Positions 12,101-26,908 of a DNA stretch of 64,000 nt are shown in pieces. A program made the position numbers and the translations under genes. The DNA is taken from NCBI GenBank assembly GCA_950097015.1, contig CATNEN010000029.1, positions 496,001-560,000 of the forward strand. The letters are read 5' to 3'. Source of the DNA: Macrostomum hystrix (lineage: Eukaryota > Animalia > Platyhelminthes). Numbering within the stretch: position 1 is the stretch's first letter; every line of letters begins with the position of its first letter. A model generated the notes under the pieces. It ran no database searches and was not told where the DNA came from. It saw only the letters and a list, made by a program, of their open reading frames with translations.

Positions 12101-15100
12101 GACACTCAAAGCTACCAATAAGTATTAGGAGACACTCAAAGCTACCAATAAGTATTAGGAGACACTCAAAGCAACCAATAAGTATTAGGAGACAAATCAA
12201 AAGCTACCAATAAGTATTAGGAGACACTCAAAGCTACCAATCAGTATTAGGAGACACTCAAATCTACCAATCAGTATTAGGAGAACACTCAAAAGCTACC
12301 AATAAGTATTAGGAGACAGTCAAAGCTACCAATAAGTATTAGGAGACACTCAAAGCTACCAATAAGTATTAGGAGACAGTCAAAGCTACCAATAAGTATT
12401 AGGAGACACTCAAAGCTACCAATAAGTATTTGGAGACACTCAAAGCTACCAATAAGTATTAGGAGACACTCAAAGCTACCAATAAGTATTAGGAGACAAA
12501 TCAAAAGCTACCAATAAGTATTAGGAGACACTCAAAGCTACCAATAAGTATTAGGAGACACTCAAAGCAACCAATAAGTATAGGAGACAATCAAAGCTAC
12601 CAATAAGTTATTAGGAGACACTCAAAGCTACCAATCAAGTATTAGGAGACACTCAAAGCTACCAATCAGTATTAGGAGACACTCAAAGCTACCAATAAGT
12701 ATATTAGGAGACACTCAAGCTACCAATCAGTATTAGGAGACAGCTCAAAGCTACCAATAAGTATTAGGAGACACTCAAAGCTACCGATAAGTATTAGGAG
12801 ACACTCAAAGCTACCGATAAGTATTAGGAGACACTCAAAGCTACCGATAAGTATTAGGAGACACTCAAAGCTACCAATAAGTATTAGGAGACACTCAAGC
12901 TACCAATAAGTATTAGGAGACACTCAAAGCTACCGATAAGTATTAGGAGACACTCAAAGCTACCGATAAGTATTAGGAGACACTCAAAGCTACCGATAAG
13001 TATTAGGAGACACTCAAAGATACCAATAAGTATTAGGAGACACTCAAAGCTACCGATAAGTATTAGGAGTACACTCAAAGCTACCAATCAGTATTAGGAG
13101 ACACTCAAAGCTACCAATCAGTATTAGGAGACACTCAAAGCAACCAATAAGTATTAGGAGACACTCAAAGCTACCAATAAGTATTAGGAGACACTCAAAG
13201 CAACCAATAAGTATTAGGAGACACTCAAAGCTACCAATAAGTATTAGGAGACACTCAAAGCTACCAATAAGTAGTAGGAGACACTCAAAGCAACCAATAA
13301 GTATTAGGAGACACTCAAAGCAACCAATAAGTATTAGGAGACACTCAAAGCTACCAATAAGTATTAGGAGACACTCAAAGCTACAATAAGTATTAGGAGA
13401 CACTCAAAGCTACCAAGAGGTATTAGGAGACACTCAAGCTACCAATAAGTATTAGGAGACACTTGAAGCTACCAATAAGTATTAGGAGACACTCACTCAA
13501 AGCTACCGATAAGTATTAGGAGACACTCAAAGCTACCAATAAGTATTAGGAGACACTCAAAGCTACCGATAAGTATTATGGAGACACTCAAAGCTACCAA
13601 TAAGTATTAGGAGACACTCAAAGCTACAAGAGGTATTAGGAGACACTCAAAGCTACCAATAATGTATTAGGAGACACTTAAAGCTACCAATAAGTATAGA
13701 GACAATCAAAGCTACCAATAAGGATTAGGAGACACTCAAAGCAACCAATAAGTATTAGGAGACACTCAAAGCTACCAATAAGTATTAGGAGACACCAAAG
13801 CTACCGATAAGTATTAGAGACACTCAAGGCAACCAATAAGTATTAGGAGACACTCAAAAGCTACCATAAGTATAGGAGACACTCAAAGCTACAATAAAGT
13901 ATTAGGAGACACTCAAAGCTACCAATAAGTATTAGGAGACAATCAAAGCTACACAATCAGTATTAGGAGACACTCAAAGCAACCAATAAGTATTAGGAGA
14001 CACTCAAAGCTACCAATAAGTATTAGGAGACACTCAAAAGCTACCGATAAGTATTAGGAGACACTCAAAGCTACCAATAAGTATTAGGAGACACTCAAAG
14101 CTACCAAGAGGTATTAGGAGACACTCAAAGCTACCAATAAGTATTAGGAGGACAAATCAAAGCTACCAATCAGTATTAGGAGACACTCAAAGCTACCAAT
14201 AAGTATTAGGAGACACTCAAAGCTACCGATAAGTCTTAGGAGACACTCAAAGCTACCAATAAGTATTAGGAGACAGTCAAAGCAACCAATAAGTATTAGG
14301 AGACACTCAAAGCTACCAATAAGTATTAGGAGACCACTCAAAGCTACCAATAAGTATTAGGAGACACTCAAAGCAACCAATAAGTATTAGGAGACACTCA
14401 AAGCAACCAATAAGTATTAGGAGACACTCAAAGCTACCAATAAGTATTAGGAGACACTCAAAGCAACCAATAAGTATTAGGAGACACTCAAAGCTACCAA
14501 TAAGTATTAGGAGACACTCAAAGCTACCGATAAGTATTAGGAGACACTCAAAGCTACCAATAAGTATTAGGAGACACTCAAAGCTACCAAGAGGTATTAG
14601 GAGACACTCAAAGCTACCAATACGTATTAGGAGACAAATCAAAGCTACCAATCAGTATTAGGAGACACTCAAAGCTACCAATAAGTATTAGGAGACACTC
14701 AAAGCTACCGATAAGTATTAGGAGACACTCAAAGCTACCAATAAGTATTAGGAGACACTCAAAGCAACCAATAAGTATTAGGAGACACTCAAAGCTACCA
14801 ATAAGTATTAGGAGACACTCAAAGCTACCAATCAGTATTAGGAGACACTCAAAGCTACCACTAGTATTTGGAGACACTCAAAGCTACCAAGAGGTATTAG
14901 GAGACACTCAAAGCTACCAATAAGTATTAGGAGACACTTAAAGCTACCAATAAGTATTAGGAGACACTCAAAGCTACCGATAAGTATTAGGAGACACTCA
15001 AAGCTACCAATAAGTATTAGGAGACACTCAAAGCTACCGATAAGTATTAGGAGACACTCAAAGCTACCAATAAGTATTAGGAGACACTCAAAGCTACCAA

Positions 15101-18100
15101 TAAGTATTAGGAGACACTCAAAGCTACCAATAAGTATTAGGAGACACTCAAGCTACCAATAAGTATTAGGAGACAATCAAAGCTACCAATAAGTATTAGG
15201 AGACACTTAAAGCTACCAATAAGTATTAGGAGACATCTTAAAGCTACCAATAAGTATTAGGAGACAAATCAAAGCTACCAATAAGTATTAGGAGACACTC
15301 AAAGCTACCAATAAGTATTAGGAGACACTCAAGGCAACCAATAAGTATTAGGAGACAAATCAAAGCTACCAATAAGTATTAGGAGACACTCAAAGCTACC
15401 AATCAGTATTAGGAGACAGTCAAAGCTACCAATAAGTATTAGGAGACACTCAAAGCTACAATAAGTATTTGGAGACACTCAAAGCTAACAATAAGTATTA
15501 GGAGACATTCAAAGCTACCAATAAGTATTAGGAGACACTCAAAGCTACCAATAAGTATTAGGAGACAGTCAAAGCTACCAATAAGTATTAGGAGACACTC
15601 AAAGCTACCAATAAGTATTAGGAGACACTCAAAGCTACCAATAAGTATTAGGAGACACTCAAAGCTACCAATAAGTATTAGGAGACAAATCAAAGCTACC
15701 AATAAGTATTAAGAGACACTCAAAGCTACCAATAAGTATTAGGAGACACTCAAAGCAACCAATAAGTATTAGGAGACAATCAAAGCTACCAATAAGTATT
15801 AGGAGACACTCAAAGCTACCAATCAGTATTAGGAGACACTCAAGCTACCAATCAGTATTAGGAGACACTCAAAGCTACCAATAAGTATTAGGAGACACTC
15901 AAGCTACCAATCAGTATTAGGAGACAAATCAAAGCTACCAATCAGTATTAGGAGACACTCAAAGCTACCAATAAGTATTAGGAGACACTCAAAGCTACCG
16001 ATAAGTATTAGGAGACACTCAAAGCTACCGATAAGTATTAGGAGACACTCAAAGCTACCAATCAGTATTAGGAGACACTCAAAGCTACCAATCAGTATTA
16101 GGAGACACTCAAAGCAACCAATAAGTATTAGGAGACACTCAAAGCTACCAATAAGTATTAGGAGACACTCAAAGCTACCAAGAGGTATTAGGAGACACTC
16201 AAAGCTACCAATAAGTATTAGGAGACACTTAAAGCTACCAATAAGTATTAGGAGACAAATCAAAGCTACCAATAAGGATTAGGAGACACTCAAAGCAACC
16301 AATAAGTATTAGGAGACACTCAAAGCTACCAATAAGTATTAGGAGACACTCAAAGCTACCGATAAGTATTAGGAGACACTCAAGGCAACAATAAGTATTA
16401 GGAGACACTCAAAGCTACCAATAAGTATTAGGAGACACTCAAAGCTACCAATAAGTATTAGGAGACACTCAAAGCTACCAATAAGTATTAGGAGACAATC
16501 AAAGCTACCAATCAGTATTAGGAGACACTCAAAGCAACCAATAAGTATTAGGAGACACTCAAAGCTACCAATAAGTATTAGGAGACACTCAAAGCTACCG
16601 ATAAGTATTAGGAGACACTCAAAGCTACCAATAAGTAGTAGGAGACACTCAAAGCTACCAAGAGGTATTAGGAGACACTCAAAGCTACCAATAAGTATTA
16701 GGAGACAAATCAAAGCTACCAATCAGTATTAGGAGACACTCAAAGCTACCAATAAGTATTAGGAGACACTCAAAGCTACCGATAAGTATTAGGAGACACT
16801 CAAAGCTACCAATAAGTATTAGGAGACAGTCAAAGCAACCAATAAGTATTAGGAGACACTCAAAGCTACCAATAAGTATTAGGAGACACTCAAAGCTACC
16901 AATAAGTATTAGGAGACACTCAAAGCAACCAATAAGTATTAGGAGACACTCAAAGCAACCAATAAGTATTAGGAGACACTCAAAGCTACCAATAAGTATT
17001 AGGAGACACTCAAAGCAACCAATAAGTATTAGGAGACACTCAAAGCTACCAATAAGTATTAGGAGACACTCAAAGCTACCGATAAGTATTAGGAGGCACT
17101 CAAAGCTACCAATAAGTATTAGAGACACTCAAAGCTACCAAGAGGTATTAGGAGACACTCAAAGCTACCAATAAGTATTAGGAGACAAATCAAAGCTACC
17201 AATCAGTATTAGGAGACACTCAAAGCTACCAATAAGTATTAGGAGACACTCAAAGCTACCGATAAGTATTAGGAGACACTCAAAGCTACCAATAAGTATT
17301 AGGAGACACTCAAAGCAACCAATAAGTATTAGGAGACACTCAAAGCTACCAATAAGTATTAGGAGACACTCAAAGCTACCAATCAGTATTAGGAGACACT
17401 CAAAGCTACCAATAAGTATTTGGAGACACTCAAAGCTACCAAGAGGTATTAGGAGACACTCAAAGCTACCAATAAGTATTAGGAGACACTTAAAGCTACC
17501 AATAAGTATTAGGAGACACTCAAAGCTACCGATAAGTATTAGGAGACACTCAAAGCTACCAATAAGTATTAGGAGACACTCAAAGCTACCGATAAGTATT
17601 AGGAGACACTCAAAGCTACCAATAAGTATTAGGAGACACTCAAAGCTACCAATAAGTATTAGGAGACACTCAAAGCTACCAATAAGTATTAGGAGACACT
17701 CAAAGCTACCAATAAGTATTAGGAGACAATCAAAGCTACCAATAAGTATTAGGAGACACTTAAGCTACCAATAAGTATTAGGAGACACTTAAAGCTACCA
17801 ATAAGTATTAGGAGACAAATCAAAGCTACCAATAAGTATTAGGAGACACTCAAAGCTACCAATAAGTATTAGGAGACACTCAAGGCAACCAATAAGTATT
17901 AGGAGACAAATCAAAGCTACCAATAAGTATTAGGAGACACTCAAAGCTACCAATCAGTATTAGGAGACAGTCAAAGCTACCAATAAGTATTAGGAGACAC
18001 TCAAAGCTACCAATAAGTATTTGGAGACACTCAAAGCTACCAATAAGTATTAGGAGACATTCAAAGCTACCAATAAGTATTAGGAGACACTCAAAGCTAC

Positions 18101-21100
18101 CAATAAGTATTAGGAGACAGTCAAAGCTACCAATAAGTATTAGGAGACACTCAAAGCTACCAATAAGTATTAGGAGACACTCAAAGCTACCAATAAGTAT
18201 TAGGAGACACTCAAAGCTACCAATAAGTATTAGGAGACAAATCAAAGCTACCAATAAGTATTAAGAGACACTCAAAGCTACCAATAAGTATTAGGAGACA
18301 CTCAAAGCAACCAATAAGTATTAGGAGACAAATCAAAGCTACCAATAGTATTAGGAGACACTCAAAGCTACCAATCAGTATTAGGAGACACTCAAAGCTA
18401 CCAATCAGTATTAGGAGACACTCAAAGCTACCAATAAGTATTAGGAGACACTCAAAGCTACCAATCAGTATTAGGAGACAAATCAAAGCTACCAATCAGT
18501 ATTAGGAGACACTCAAAGCTACCAATAAGTATTAGGAGACACTCAAAGCTACCGATAAGTATTAGGAGACACTCAAAGCTACCGATAAGTATTAGGAGAC
18601 ACTCAAAGCTACCAATAAGTATTAGGAGACACTCAAAGCTACCAAGAGGTATTAGGAGACACTCAAAGCTACCAATAAGTATTAGGAGACACTCAAAGCT
18701 ACCGATAAGTATTAGGAGACACTCAAAGCTACCAATCCGTATTAGGAGACACTCAAAGCTACCAATAAGTATTAGGAGACACTCAAAGCTACCAATAAGT
18801 ATTAGGAGACAAATCAAAGCTACCAATAAGTATTAGGAGACACTCCAAGCTACCAATAAGTATTAGGAGACACTCAAGCAACCAATAAGTATTAGGAGAC
18901 AATCAAAGCTACCAATAAGTATTAGGAGACACTCAAAGCTACCAATCAGTATTAGGAGACACTCAAAGCTACCAATCAGTATTAGGAGACACTCAAAGCT
19001 ACCAATAAGTATTAGGAGACACTCAAGCTACCAATCAGTATTAGGAGACAAATCAAAGCTACCAATCAGTATTAGGAGACACTCAAAGCTACCAATCAGT
19101 ATTAGGAGACACTCAAAGCTACCAATAAGTATTAGGAGACACTCAAAGCAACCAATAAGTATTAGGAGACAAATCAAAGCTAACCAATCAGTATTAGGAG
19201 ACACTCAAAGCTACCAATAAGTATTAGGAGACACTCAAAGCAACCAATAAGTATTAGGAGACAAATCAAAGCTACCAATAAGTATTTGGAGACACTCAAA
19301 GCTACCAATAAGTATTAGGAGACACTCAAAGCAACCAATAAGTATTAGGAGACAAATCAAAGCTACCAATAAGTATTAGGAGACACTCAAAGCTACCAAT
19401 CAGTATTAGGAGACACTCAAAGCTACCAATCAGTATTAGGAGACACTCAAAGCTACCAATAAGTATTAGGAGACACTCAAAGCTACCAATCAGTATTAGG
19501 AGACAAATCAAAGCTACCAATCAGTATTAGGAGACACTCAAAGCTACCAATCAGTATTAGGAGACACTCAAAGCTACCAATAAGTATTAGGAGACACTCA
19601 AAGCTACCGATAAGTATTAGGAGACACTCAAAGCTACCAATAAGTATTAGGAGACACTCAAAGCTACCAAGAGGTATTAGGAGACACTCAAAGCTACCAA
19701 TAAGTATTAGGAGACACTCAAAGCTACCAATAAGTATTAGGAGACACTCAAAGCTACCAATCAGTATTAGGAGACACTCAAAGCTACCAATAAGTATTAG
19801 GAGACACTCAAAGCAACCAATAAGTATTAGGAGACACTCAAAGCTACCAATAAGTATTAGGAGACACTCAAAGCTACCAATAAGTATTAGGAGACACTCA
19901 AAGCAACCAATAAGTATTAGGAGACACTCAAAGCTACCAATAAGTATTAGGAGACACTCAAAGCTACCAATAAGTATTAGGAGACACTCAAAGCTACCAA
20001 GAGGTATTAGGAGACACTCAAAGCTACCAATAAGTATTAGGAGACACTCAAAGCTACCAATAAGTATTAGGAGACACTCAAAGCTACCGATAAGTATTAG
20101 GAGACACTCAAAGCTACCAATAAGTATTAGGAGACACTCAAAGCTACCGATAAGTATTAGGAGACACTCAAAGCTACCAATAAGTATTAGGAGACACTCA
20201 AAGCTACCAATAAGTATTAGGAGACACTTAAAGCTACCAATAAGTATTAGGAGACACTCAAAGCTACCAATAAGTATTAGGAGACAATCAAAGCTACCAA
20301 TAAGTATTAGGAGACACTCAAAGCTACCAATAAGTATTAGGAGACACTTAAAGCTACCAATAAGTATTAGGAGACAAATCAAAGCTACCAATAAGTATTA
20401 GGAGACACTCAAAGCTACCAATCAGTATTAGGAGGACACTCAAAGCTACCAATCAGTATTAGGAGACACTCAAAGCTACCAATAAGTATTAGGAGACAGT
20501 CAAAGCTACCAATAAGTATTAGGAGACACTCAAAGCTACCAATAAGTATTAGGAGACACTCAAAGCTACCAATAAGTATTAGGAGACAGTCAAAGCTACC
20601 AATAAGTATTAGGAGACACTCAAAGCTACCAATAAGTATTAGGAGACACTCAAAGCTACCAATAAGTATTAGGAGACACTCAAGCTACCAATAAGTATTA
20701 GGAGACACTCAAAGCTACCAATAAGTATTAGGAGACACTCAAAGCTACCAATAAGTATTAGGAGACAATCAAAGCTACCAATAAGTATTAGGAGACACTT
20801 AAAGCTACCAATAAGTATTAGGAGACACTTAAAGCTACCAATAAGTATTAGGAGACAAATCAAAGCTACCAATAAGTATTAGGAGACACTCAAAGCTACC
20901 AATAAGTATTAGGAGACACTCAAAGCAACCAATAAGTATTAGGAGACAAATGAAAGCTACCAATAAGTATTAGGAGACACTCAAAGCTACCAATCAGTAT
21001 TAGGAGACACTCAAAGCTACCAATCAGTATTAGGAGACACTCAAAGCTACCAATAAGTATTAGGAAGACACTCAAAGCTACCAATCAGTATTAGGAGACA

Positions 21101-22700
21101 AATCAAAGCTACCAATCAGTATTAGGAGACACTCAAAGCTACCAATAAGTATTAGGAGACACTCAAAGCTACCAATAAGTATTAGGAGACACTCAAAGCT
21201 ACCGATAAGTATTAGGAGACACTCAAAGCTACCAATAAGTATTAGGAGACACTCAAAGCTACCAAGAGGTATTAGGAGACACTCAAAGCTACCAATAAGT
21301 ATTAGGAGACACTCAAAGCTACCGATAAGTATTAGGAGACACTCAAAGCTACCAATCAGTATTAGGAGACACTCAAAGCTACCAATAAGTATTAGGAGAC
21401 ACTCAAAGCAACCAATAAGTATTAGGAGACACTCAAAGCTACCAATAAGTATTAGGAGACACTCAAAGCAACCAATAAGTATTAGGAGACACTCAAAGCA
21501 ACCAATAAGTATTAGGAGACACTCAAAGCTACCAATAAGTATTAGGAGACACTCAAAGCTACCAATAAGTATTAGGAGACACTCAAAGCTTCCAAGAGGT
21601 ATTAGGAGACACTCAAAGCTACCAATAAGTATAGGAGACACCTAAAGCTACCAATAAGTATTAGGAGACACTCAAAGCTACCGATAAGTATTAGGAGACA
21701 CTCAAAGCTACCGATAAGTATTAGGAGACACTCAAAGCTACCAATAAGTATTAGGAGACACTCAAAGCTACCAATAAGTATTAGGAGACACTCAAAGCTA
21801 CCGATAAGTATTAGGAGACACTCAAAGCTACCAATCAGTATTAGGAGACACTCAAAGCTACCAATAAGTATTAGGAGACACTCAAAGCTACCAATAAGTA
21901 TTAGGAGACACTCAAAGCTACCAATAAGTATTAGGAGACACTCAAAGCAACCAATAAGTATTAGGAGACACTCAAAGCAACCAATAAGTATTAGGAGACA
22001 CTCAAAGCTACCAATAAGTATTAGGAGACACTCAAAGCTACCAATAAGTATTAGGAGACACTCAAAGCTACCAAGAGGTATTAGGAGACACTCAAAGCTA
22101 CCAATAAGTATTAGGAGACACTTAAAGCTACCAATAAGTATTAGGAGACACTCAAAGCTACCGATAAGTATTAGGAGACACTCAAAGCTACCAATAAGTA
22201 TTAGGAGACACTCAAAGCTACCGATAAGTATTAGGAGACACTCAAAGCTACCAATAAGTATTAGGAGACACTCAAAGCTACCAATAAGTATTAGGAGACA
22301 CTCAAAGCTACCAATAAGTATTAGGAGACACTCAAAGCTACCAATAAGTATTAGGAGACACTCAAAGCTACCAATAAGTATTAGGAGACACTCAAAGCTA
22401 CCAATAAGTATTAGGAGACACTCAAAGCTACCAATAAGTATTAGGAGACACTCAAAGCTACCAATAAGTATTAGGAGACACTCAAAGCTACCAATAAGTA
22501 TTAGGAGACACTCAAAGCTACCAATAAGTATTAGGAGACACTTAAAGCTACCAATAAGTATTAGGAGACACTCAAAGCTACCAATAAGTATTAGGAGACA
22601 CTCAAAGCTACCAATAAGTATTAGGAGACACTCAAAGCTACCAATAAGTATTAGGAGACACTCAAAGCAGAGGTATTAGGAGACACTCAAAGCTACCAAA
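9185..22700. repeat. 13.5-kb 30-bp satellite array (GGAGACACTCAAAGCTACCAATAAGTATTA)n, ~450 copies
   Basis: Direct reading. Recurrent variants (GATAAG, AATCAG, AAGAGG, CAAATC, CAACC) define higher-order blocks. Confidence 0.99.
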
Positions 22701-23293
22701 AGGAGAATTAACCACGTCGTGTTACGAGATACTTTCAAAGCCAATGGGTATTTGGAGACATTCAAATGCTTTAAACATCAAGAACTGATTGAGCAAAGTG
22801 CATTTCGTGAAAAGTTGAGTGTTGTAAAATTTAGATTGCAGTGCATCCCTTTTGAATATGATATATTCTATGTGCGGTCTTGCATCTCGATTGACTTCTG
22901 TTCTCTCTATACCATAGACGTTGAATTGCAATATTTACAAGTTTTGCTAGTGGAATTTTCCATGAGGAACACTTGAAAGGAGAGAATCATTCTAGCGGTG
23001 AAGTATATTGGACGCTGATATGCAGCCAGCCCGAGCCGACTGCGGCGGTAGCCAGCAGCGCCAGCGCCAGATGCTGTGGCGACATATGTACGCCAGACGA
23101 CTCGGCAAAACGCCCTGCAGCGATCGACAACGCGTGCTGCAAGCGAAACTCTACCGATTTCTGGATGACAAACGTTCAGCTGCAGCGCCTAAGATAGTGG
23201 ATTCTAGTCGATACTGAGAGCGATAAACACAGTAAGAGCGAGCTGGCGTTGTCCACAGCAAGGCTATGGGGCAGATGCAGATCATTCAATAAG

Positions 23294-23370
23294 AGCTGGG
23301 AATCGAACCCCTGACCTCAAGTCAGTTGTGTCGTGGAGTCTGGCGTTCTACCGACTAGGCTGCATCCCCC
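23294..23370 (-). mobile_element. tRNA-derived SINE head (fragment)
   Basis: Minus strand reads GGGGATGCAGCCTAGTCGGTAGAAC...GGGGTTCGATTCCC. A/B boxes are present but no acceptor stem forms, so it is not a tRNA. Confidence 0.65.
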
Positions 23371-23455
23371 TATTTCATTTCTAGGGATATTTTCAAAATT
23401 GTACTTTATTGAAGCTAATCATCTTACTGAACTCTTAATTGTTGCCCTTTAGAGA

Positions 23456-23874
23456 CTGCCCCGAGCGTTGAGTTGCAGAGACGCGGTCTACTGTTAGACG
23501 CCATCGCGTCTCTGGATCAAATGTCTGGATTCAAAGCCCCGATAGCCTTGAAATTCGCCAGCAACACCAATGCCGGTACAGAGACGCCTGAAGCTCAACC
23601 TTGTAACATCGCACCAGAACATCACCACCTGGTGCAGCACTCTCAGAAACTCACCCAGCAACTGCAAAACATTGCTCTCGCTTGCAATCCGACAGTCAAA
23701 GCCAGAGGCGGCGTCAAATTTAACTGCGCTGAAACGCAGTTGGCGCAGAGAGCAGACGCCCTACGTCGCCTGATAGATCGGATGCAGCAGACGCATGCTC
23801 GTCTTCAAATGCGTCGACAGCGTCAATGGCGATTACTCTTGCGAAAGCGAACGATTGTTTTTGCGCCTTCCTAA
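23456..23874 (+). other. Candidate coding exon of unknown gene (~139 codons open after a CCCTTTTAG acceptor)
   Basis: GC-rich open frame ..LLLDAIASLDQMSG..QLAQRADALRRLIDRMQQTHARLQMRRQRQW... No recognisable domain. Confidence 0.3.
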
Positions 23875-24179
23875 CAATAAGTCGGATTTCAACGTTTGTG
23901 ATTTTTGTCAGAAGCAGCAGCAGCAGCAGACGCTGCAAGCTGGGCAGCAGCGCAAGCGTGACCCCGTAGTCCAACAAGTGAAGCACTCCAGAGCTGCGCT
24001 CATTGGTGATTCAATATTTAATGTCAGCTGCACTGGAAAAAAGCACAGGTAATTTCACGCTTGGCCTACTGATATTTGTGAGCTAATATAGCTAATAGGG
24101 TAAATTGTTTGTAGCTAATGTAGTATAGCTTGCGTGAAGCCCATGATGCTTCTAAGATACGATTTTTACGAAAAATTGA

Positions 24180-24541
24180 CTACTGGACACCGTTATCGAT
24201 GGAGAATTCGCTAAATCACGGAGTCAAATCAATCCAACATCCGTTGCGCGCGATTGCAGCTATGGCCGCATGATTCTACCAACTGACGGCGACGGCCCAA
24301 ACGTAGCCAACCAACTACGTCGTCGGCACCGAGTGACTGCATGTCGCGAAGCAATGCGCGCCGACACTCTCGAATTTGCCAACGAGCTGGAGGAGATGTG
24401 GGAGACTATCGAGAAAGCGCGTATGAATCGCGACATTGATGTCGCGAGAAAAAGGCTGACTCGAGTTCTGCGCCAGCGTTACTAAGAATACGTCGAAAAG
24501 CCGCGCGAAGCTGCAAAGACCCATCGCAGCCGATTCCGCAG
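24180..24541 (+). other. Candidate exon or pseudo-exon with one in-frame TAA
   Basis: ..MRADTLEFANELEEMWETIEKARMNRDIDVARKRLTRVLRQRY*EYVEKPREAAKTHRSRFR, followed by a CAG|GTGAAT donor. Helical, charged composition. Confidence 0.3.
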
Positions 24542-26908
24542 GTGAATAACAATATCGATGATACAGAATCTCGAGGGAGGTCCTGGCCATCGGCACAGTT
24601 AAGGTTAGTAACGGGGAGTCACATTACCTAGTGGTAAATCGTTTCATAATGTTGGATTGTGACCTTACAAAACCAATCTGTCCGATGTTTAAGCCAGGGA
24701 AATATAAATTGTATTAAACTGTTGCATACGTATGAATTTACTAATACCAAAGTTCTTTTTTCCACAGGATAGCTCCTCAGGACTATTTTTATTGCTTTTC
24801 TCATATTTTCTCATGTATGAAATATAAAGTATTTCATTATGGTATGCATGAGTTTTATTCTTAAGGACATGCCTCTCGGAGTGTTCTTAAAGCGTGAAAT
24901 AGAGCATTATAATAAATGTCAGTAGAAATTATGGTACAGCATTTTTAGGATTTTCTGACCATTTATACTTATAATATATGTTACAACTCTTAATTGGCTT
25001 CTAGTTATAGAAGACGCAGTCATTGTAAGGCAGGTACTTTAAAGTTGATTAAATGTAAGAAATAAAACTTTATACAGAAAATCCACTTAACTTTTACTTT
25101 GCTTCGCATGCGTCGTCGCGTAACCTAATTGAGTTTTTTGGTATAAATCTAGATAAAAATCTGCCAATCTACATGTATATTCGTTCCCTCTTGCTTTCGA
25201 AAGTACGCTTAAATTGTCTGGCAAGGTTGTCATTGATTAATTATACAGTTATACTGGAAGCCAAACATTTCTCGATAGTCTAATAGTCATAAAACTGGAT
25301 AACCAAAAACTAATAATGACAAATTTTGCAAATTTATTCTTACTTTTATATCTTGACACCCTCGTAATTTTTCAACTAAACTTTCTTATTTAAACTTCAT
25401 TTCAGACGGCAAGATTGTGTCCTGTCGAATGGAATCCAGATAATCAAGGCAACAAACAAAGTTGTTTCATTTTTTGCGAATTAAAAGTCATATTTCTTTT
25501 TTTCTTTATTCACAATTTTTAATGAAAAATACAAATATAACTTTTCTATTTTGCAAAGATTTAACCTTAAGTTAAGTTGAATTAAAAAAGCAAGTCACAC
25601 AAAGGAAGCCAAAAGTGAATTCAATGATTGAGCAGTGTGTGAATAAGAATTTTTTATTGGGCTTTGGCCTCACTTCTATCTAAAACTAGGCCAACTAGTT
25701 TTTAACATATAGCCTAGCTATACGATTTTACTATGCCAATGATTTTAGACATAACTATTTATTCTTTATCTACAAATCCCTAATATATTTTTGTGGCATT
25801 CTTATTGCCTTTGGTTTACAATCCCTGAAATTAGTGAAAATCTTCTAAGAAAAGCCAAAGGTAGGCCTACAAAAGAGTAAAATTTTGTGTTTTTAATTAC
25901 ATTCTAAACCAGCAGTCAAAATACATGTAAAATTGTCATAACTTATGTAGAAACATTTGTTCAAACATATATTACACATCAAGCACATGTATTCACTTTG
26001 GTTTATAATAATTTAAATGGCAGAAACATATGTAAAAGATTGTAAATTGAAGGTAGGGCCAGGGGGTTTTAGTGTTTCAATTAATGTTACAGGACTGTTC
26101 TATCAAAAGGATCCTATATGTATCTACTTCTGTTTACTACCATTTAAATGACAGAATACATGTAAATCACTAAATGATCATGAACTTAAGCAGAGAGAGA
26201 GAGAGTAATGGCAAGTTAGTTTAGAGTGTAAGAAAAGTCAATTGTTGAGTCCAAGTTGAACAGACAGCAGTCAGAAACTGCTAGGCCTACATCCATCCTG
26301 TCCTGTCTAGCTAGGCTAGATGGATGAGACAAATTAATTAGTATACTATTGCACATCTCTATCAGGCCTACCCCTCAGCTTTGGTTCACTATCATTTAAA
26401 TGTATCTCTTGTATTTTAATGATTGTAAACAATTACAAGAGAGCAATGCTATTGTAAGGATATATAGAATCTCTTTCATAAAGCATGAAATGACACAAAA
26501 TAAAGCAAATAAGCCCAGTTTGTCTATTTTAGTTTCATTTAAAGCAAGCTATAAATAATCACTGAAAAAAATCAACAAATAAGCCCCAAATAAGATTTGA
26601 TTCTTGAATAGGCCCAACTAAAAAAATAAACTGATAGACATGATTGATTTGTTTGAAAATTTGTCCTACATTGAAGTACTTATAACAATTAAAACAAATG
26701 CACAACAATTTGTTCATTATAAAGATTGCTAGGCAAAATGCTTATTTTTTTCTAAAATCATTTTCAAACAATGATCTACTTTTTAAAATGTTTTAATTTA
26801 TCATCTTATTTCCATGGCATCATTGTAGAAGATAAGCCTATCTGTCTTATCTGTCTAGTCTTCTATGGCCATGTGTAGGCCTAATTGCAATAATACTGTT
26901 ATTGGTAT

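Noticed and set aside
12289-21641. Many minus-strand ORFs encoding (LLILIGSFEC)n
   Set aside because: Translations of a 30-bp satellite with a stop-free frame; no start context or splice support.
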